A program made the position numbers and the translations under genes. Of a stretch of DNA of 64,000 bases, positions 56,118 through 64,000 are shown in pieces. How positions within the stretch are numbered: position 1 is the first letter of the stretch; every line of letters begins with the position of its first letter. Under the pieces are notes generated by a model, which ran no database searches, was not told the origin of the DNA, and saw only the letters and a program-made list of their open reading frames with translations. Source of the stretch: Octopus vulgaris (Eukaryota); contig OX597827.1 in NCBI GenBank assembly GCA_951406725.2, positions 9,176,001 to 9,240,000 on the forward strand, read 5' to 3'.

Positions 56118-56620
56118 TAATAATAATAATAATAATAAAACATTGTGTACAGTGCTCAGGTGCACTACAACTCATCTAAAGTGTATATATAATCAGGTGT
56201 AGTTTCGGCGGATTTTGGAAAGCATGAGGGCCTTAAAGGATGCAGTGTCATGGCAGTCCACAACTGACGCAGGCAGTTTATTCCATGCTTCAGCAACTCT
56301 GAGCGTGAAAAAATGTTTCCGAAAGTCATGGGAGCTGTGTTGTTTTCTGACTTTGTAGGCATGTCCACGTGTGTTGGACACATGGAGATCAAAAAGGTGT
56401 TCAGTGTTGTTGTTGGTGAGGTGGTTGATAACTTTGTGGGTGTTTACCAAGTCCATCGCCAGACGCCGGAGCTTCAGTGAATCCATGCCCAGGGAAACAA
56501 GGCGCTCAGAATATGGTAGGTGTCTGATGGAGGGTATGCGTTTGGTTGCACGTCTCTGAACAGATTCCAGGAGGTGAATGTTCTGAGCAAGATAGGGGTT
56601 CCAAACTGATGATGCAAATT
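56118..56620 (-). mobile_element. CR1-clade LINE 3' end
   Basis: SSVWNPY...LESVQRRATKRIP...YSERL..LG...LRRL..DL...TRGH..K...FFTLRVAEAWNKLP; short 3' UTR and (TTA)n tail. Confidence 0.92.
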
Positions 56621-57564
56621 TGTTGGCTCTTGTTAAGCCATTGCAACTCATGCCAGCTTGGAAGATGAATGTAAAATGATGATCATAATGATGACAACAA
56701 TGATAATGATGATAATGATGATGATGATGATGATGACAATGATGACAGCAGTGATGATGATGACAGCAGTGATGATGATGATTGTAATGTTGTATATGCA
56801 AGGAACCCAATTCATATCAGCCAATGTATCCATTGTTAGACGATAAGTGAGTTTCATGGAAGGTTTTCAGCAGTTATTTCTAGCAGTTCAAGTACAGTAT
56901 CCACATAGAGATCCTACGTGGACACTATTTATCATAAAGGTAGTAAAGTGTTGGAAATATTAAAGTAACAGAGAGCTATCATGGGAGGTGCAGTTCACAT
57001 TGATAAACTACAGAGATGTAGTACTATATAACAAAATAGGAAATTTTATGCTATATATTTATTTTATGTAATTTTATATCACATTTTCTGAACAATAGCA
57101 TCATTGGTTATAGGTTTCCAACAGACCAATCCCTGGTTCACTGCATTTGATGATAGTAAGGATGACAAGGAAATGTCTGTGCAATACAGGCGAAGCAAAT
57201 ATCAGAACATAATGTAATTTTGATTGAAAGCACCAGTTTAGTGATTTTTTTTTCTTCTCCCTGAAACCATGTAGCTACAAAACACAGTTCTTAACCACGC
57301 AGCCATGCCTGTGACCTGACCAAATGTTAGCTAGCATCACTCACTTCAAACCCTTCAAGTTACAAAACAATCACCCTATCCTCAGTTATCTAGGTGTCAT
57401 GAAGAAAGAAATCATCTTCAAAGCTTTGCTGTCACTATCTTTAACTTCTACTTCACTTTCATGATGTATAACAGAATAATTCTGTTTTATCATGGGAGTT
57501 GTAGCAGATAAACTAATCTTTCTGCCAAAGGGAAGTATCAGTGAGTAGTGTATGCATGTGTGTA

Positions 57565-58470
<906 letters not shown>

Positions 58471-59329
58471 TGTATGTTTGTGTGTTTAATTTAAGACTTC
58501 AACAAATATACTGAAACTCGAGAATCATAAAAACAAAAGAGTAAATTCATACTCCACCACGTTTTCAAGTTATAATTAAGAGTTAATTAGCTAGAAAATA
58601 TGTAAAGAACATACAAACTGAAATATAGCTCTTTAATTTGGAATATATACACACCTACAGTCATCGCATAACACTTCCTTTCATGTACTCTCACCCACAT
58701 ACATAATTTCATATTTCGCACATACACACACAAACACATTCACACACATATTTATGAACAGACATAAGCCAAGAAATATCTACACAAACAAACACACACA
58801 CACACACACACGCACACACACTCATGATTAATTTGGAATGGTTCTTAAATAATATTTGAGATATTGCTTCAAAGATAACCATGTTTTTTTAATACCAAAG
58901 CTTGTATTTATCTGAACATGGTTCAAATATGAAGAACAATCTAATTTTACATTGTTTATGATATGTTCAAGGACAGTAAAAAGGAACTTTGCTATTACCA
59001 GGGCCTAGGGTGGTAACCTGAGATTTATTAGAAAGGTGGGCAAAATACTTATGGGCATTTTGTCCGTCTTCAGGCTTTGAGTTCAAATTCCACCAAGGTT
59101 GACTTTGCCTTTCATACTTTTGTGGTTGATTAATTAAGCACCAGTCAATGTAATTGACTTGTTCCCTCCCCCAAATTTGTTTGGGCCAGAATTTGAAACC
59201 ATTTTTAGCAAGGTCTATAGGATCAAGGAAGGATTACAGTTGGGATATGTGTCCAGAACTCAGGGAGCCAAAGGAGGGACCATAAATATCTGCTGGATCC
59301 CTCCAGAAAAAAAAAAAATCGTGGCAAAC

Positions 59330-59750
59330 AATGTGGTTTTGAGTTCAGTTCAAATGTGCAACAGTTTTGGGCAGTGTCTTCTCCTACATTTTTGGGTGGA
59401 CCAATGTCTTGTGGGTGGATTTGGTGGCTAGAAACTATCTGAAAGCTCATTGTACACACACAGATACACACATAGATATATGTATAATACACACACTTGC
59501 CCAAACACACATACACACACAAACACATGTATATACGTGTATGTGTGTGTGTTCGTGTTTGTTTTCTGTGTAGCAACTGGTGTTGGTTTGTTTACCTTGT
59601 CATAACTTAGCGTTTCAATAAAAGAGATTGACTGAAGAAGCACCAAGCATAAAAATAATTACTAGGGTCAATTTGTTTAACTAAACCCTTCAAAGCAGTA
59701 TCCCAGCATGCCTGCAGTCCAATGATTGAAACAAGTAAAAGATAAAAATA
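59330..59750 (+). mobile_element. Old SINE family A copy
   Basis: gggcagtgtcttct...gtggatttggt...cagcatgcctgcagtccaatgattgaaacaagtaaaaga. Confidence 0.7.
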
Positions 59751-60849
59751 TGAAAAATAATTGCCTTTGGAATCCCTAATAGCAGCCTTGTTCTGCTTTG
59801 TAAAATTTCTCTTTGTGGCCCTGGTTATCAGTAGTCATAATACTTGAGAATTTTGGAGCAAGTGACATAGATTTACTCCTAAGTAATGCATAATGAGCAG
59901 GTCTGTTTGTGGTCACTCAAACTATAAGAAATAGCAGCCAAATCTCTATCAGATCACACCTTGTCATCTTAAAAACACACACACACACACACACAAATAA
60001 AAGACACATTTGTTTATGAAAACACCAGACGCCCCTAAAAAATATGACAGGTGGTCTTTGCTGGAACATCTTTGATTATAGACTTGTTTTAACAAGTTTG
60101 ACCAAGGGCTAAACAGCAAGAACAACAAAACAGGACAAAACATTCTTGATGTACAAAAACACTTAATTACTCTCCTAATTAACTCACACATTTGTCTCCA
60201 ATTTGCTGTTTTTACAAATGAAACTTATTAACTCAAGAGCAAAAACTCTCTCTCTCTCAAACACAAAATCTATTTAAGAAATCAATTGTAATTGATTTTG
60301 TTCCGTTGTGTAATTTTGTAAAATTCCAAAGTTAAAGGTATCTGCAATATTTAGACTGAGATCTTTCACTAAATTGTATGCATTAGTTAATGAACAGACA
60401 CTGAGTGAATGTATGTGTCATGGCTATCTTTGGACAAGTAATCCCTTGACCACCAGTCAAATGATACTGTCATATTTATCAAACTTCTAAATGCAAACGT
60501 ATACAAATAGTTTGTGTATACGTATGTAGGTATATATATGTGTAATATCTATATGTTTGAATAGTTTGGTATTTTATGTATGTAACAATCTTTACGCTAG
60601 TGTGTCAACACAGAATTTAAATCTATCAGTTTATAAGATGTATGTATCTGTGTATGTATATGCACATTCTTGTATGTGTGTGTGTGTTTTTGAGCATGTA
60701 ATATCCATATATATATATAAATATTTATGCATGCATATACACACCTACTTCGCACTAGAGTATTGTCATTTAACTTATCAAATTACATGATTCACCATTG
60801 TTGCTTAACCACAGTCCTGATTGAGTAAACACATTATCATAAACAACAA

Positions 60850-61274
60850 GGCGCAGGAGTGGCTGTGTGGTAAGTAGCTTGTTTACCAACCACATGGTTC
60901 CGTGTTCAGTCCCACTGCATGGCACCTTGGGCAAGTGTTTTCTACTATAGCCTCGGGCTGACCAAAGCCTTGTGAGTGGATTTGGTAGACGGAAACTGAA
61001 AGAAGCCCGTCGTATATATGTATATATATATATGTATGTGTGTGTATGTGTGTGTGTGTGTCTGTGTTTGTCCCCCTAGCATTGCTTGACAACCGATGCT
61101 GGTGTGTTTACGTCCCCCGTCACTTAGCGGTTCGGCAAAAGAGACCGATAGAATAAGTACTGGGCTTACAAAGAATAAGTCCCGGAGTTGATTTGCTTGA
61201 CTAAAAGGCGGTGCTCCAGCATGGCCGCAGTCAAATGACTGAAACAAGTAAAAGAGTAAAAGAGTAAAAGAGTA
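60850..61274 (+). mobile_element. SINE family A
   Basis: Full-length copy with (GTAAAAGA)3 tail. Confidence 0.92.
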
Positions 61275-61749
61275 ACCCAGCCATGACCCACATGTATATA
61301 ACTGAGGATATATTGTCAAATGTCCTTCAATTTTTACTTCTTAACATGGTAGGGTATGATTTCTAGTAAGCCAAATAAGTGTATGGTCTCTTATTGGCTC
61401 AACCAGATTCATTTATAAATGCATATGTGTTTGTGTATGTATATCTATGTATATGTACGTAAGTGTATATATATATATATATATATGTGTGTGAATATAT
61501 CTATGTATATGTGCTTGTGTGTGTATATCTATGTTTATATGTTCATATATTTTGTGTGTGACCATGTGTGTTATTGGAACAGATTTCACCTTGCACAGGT
61601 GAGGAAAATATCTGATCACTGACATGAGTGTCTCAGAGAAGACAATTCTTAGATAAAGTCCTACCAGTATGAGGCTGGTGAATATTATTATTTTTACAGT
61701 ACTTGGGCCAACAAAAGAAATACAAGTTATATATTAGTATGTTATCAAG

Positions 61750-61958
61750 GTATGTATGTATGTATGTATGTATGTATGTATGTATGTATGTATGTATGTA
61801 TGTATGTATGTATGTATGTATGTATGTATGTATGTATGTATGTATGTATGTATGCATGTGTGTATGTATGTGTGTGTATGTATGTATGTATGTATGTATG
61901 TATGTATGTATGTATGTATGTATGTATGTATGTATGTATGTATGTATGTATGTATGTA

Positions 61959-61994
<36 letters not shown>

Positions 61995-62995
61995 TGTATG
62001 TATGTATGTATAGCCATCTCATTCCACTGAAAATGGGTTTCTTACTAAGTCATTCTATGAATTGACAATATAACTATGTGTATGTACATTAGCCATATAC
62101 ACACATAAACATAGATAGTATATATATATATACACATTTGTTCTGTGCATGTATTTGCATGCTCAAATATGGTTGTATTCATATGTATGTCTATAAATAA
62201 ATATTTTCCCATACTTCCATGGGACACATTCATATACACACACTCTCATACATCAATTACATATCTATAACTGTGTATGTATATATATATATATAACTGT
62301 GTGTGCATGCGTATGTGTAGGTGTGCAGGTGTGCATAATTTATGTGTGTGTGTGTGTTCATGTGTGGATATCTATGGCATATAACTAAGACATAAATTTA
62401 TTTGCTAAAGAGGGTATATAATTTATAAAATTATGTGCACACACATACATTTATATGGATATATAAAATATATATTACACACACAAATGCATATATACAA
62501 ATACATCCATCCAGACATGCATACATACATACATAGATACATACAAACATATATACATACATACATACATACATACAAACATATATACATACATACATAC
62601 ATACATACATACATACATAGATACATCCATCCAGACATGCATACATACATACATACATACATACATACACACATACATACATACATACATACATACATAC
62701 ATACATGCACACATACATACATACACACACACACATACATACATACATACATACATACATACATACATACATACATACATACATACATACATACATACAT
62801 ACATACATACATACATACATAGATACATACATACATACACACATACATACATAGATACATACATACACACATACATACATACATACACACATACATACAC
62901 ACATACATACATACATACATACATACATACATACATACATACACAGATACATACATACATACATACATACATACATACATACATACACACACACA
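61750..62995. repeat. (TATG)n at 61750-62010 and (CATA)n at 62500-62995
   Basis: Visible; the two arrays are mutually reverse-complementary. Confidence 0.93.
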
Positions 62996-63449
62996 TTCAT
63001 CTGTGAAATGCTTGTCTTTGAAAAGAAATTCCCCTGTGATATAGTAGAGTATGAATATACATTCTAAAGAGATAGATGGCATTAAGTGTTGCATTAAAAG
63101 CATTAAATATAAGAGAAACATTGAATTTGACAGAATTCATAGAAATAGTTATTTACATGTTTCAGTTGAGTAAGAATTTGTATCTATTCTTTTATTCCTA
63201 TATTTATTTCAGTCGTTTGACTGTGGCCATGCTGGAGCACGGTCTTTATGCAGAGGTTTGTTACTTATACTTATTTTTTATCATGCACTTATACATAAAT
63301 ACGTGCACACACACACACACATACATGCATGCACACATACATGCATGCACACACATACACACAAATATGTATGCATGTGTATGTGTTTGAAAGTGGTAGA
63401 AACTCCTACATTAACAGTCCAAAGACATTTTGTTTGTTATATTAAAGCA

Positions 63450-63488
63450 GTAATAACAACAACAATAATAATAACAATAATAACAATG

Positions 63489-63533
<45 letters not shown>

Positions 63534-63598
63534 TTAATAATAATAGTAATATTAATAATAATAATAATGTATTGATGATGATGATGACGATGATGAGA

Positions 63599-63630
<32 letters not shown>

Positions 63631-63637
63631 AATGATG

Positions 63638-63691
<54 letters not shown>

Positions 63692-63902
63692 GTTTCAAAT
63701 TTTGCTACAAGATTAGCCATTCTGGGGAAGGGGATAAGTTGATTATATTGATCTCAGTGTGTAACTGGTACTTAATTTATCGACCCTGAAAGGATGAAAG
63801 GCAAAGTTGATCTTGGCAGGATTTGAACTCAGAATGTAAAGCTGGATAAATTGCTACTAGGTATTTCGTCAGGTATGCTAATGATTCTGCCAGTTTTGCC
63901 AT
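63450..63902 (-). mobile_element. Old SINE family B (63690-63902) with expanded TAA/TGA tail
   Basis: ctggtacttaatttatcgaccctgaaaggatgaaaggcaaagttga on the plus strand. Confidence 0.8.
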
Positions 63903-64000
63903 ATTAACAATAACAACAACAACAACAACAATAATATCAACAATAATGACAATGATAAATTTATATTCAGGATTATAAATTATAAATTTGAAAAACTGTT

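Overview
AT-rich, repeat-saturated eukaryotic intergenic or intronic DNA. The microsatellite load and SINE repertoire suggest an octopus or other coleoid cephalopod (inference). I can support no intact host protein-coding gene: almost every ORF in the track is a translation of a microsatellite or a SINE. The window holds about 14 recognisable copies of one tRNA-derived SINE plus several other SINE families. It also holds decayed LINE fragments (RTE, RTE-X-like, CR1, Jockey/CR1-group, R4/Dong-like with restriction-like endonuclease), a Penelope-like ORF fragment, Tc1 and mariner transposase remnants, a mariner-type MITE and non-autonomous Helitrons. The most notable signal is non-coding: eight minimal type-I hammerhead-ribozyme motifs at seven loci, ranging from near-canonical to degenerate. 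They sit in several unrelated short elements, several of them fold-back palindromes and most beside or inside (TA)n tracts, and one family is linked by shared terminal sequence to a Penelope ORF fragment. All coordinates were counted by hand and may be off by a few bases. Family names come from motif recognition, not database searches.
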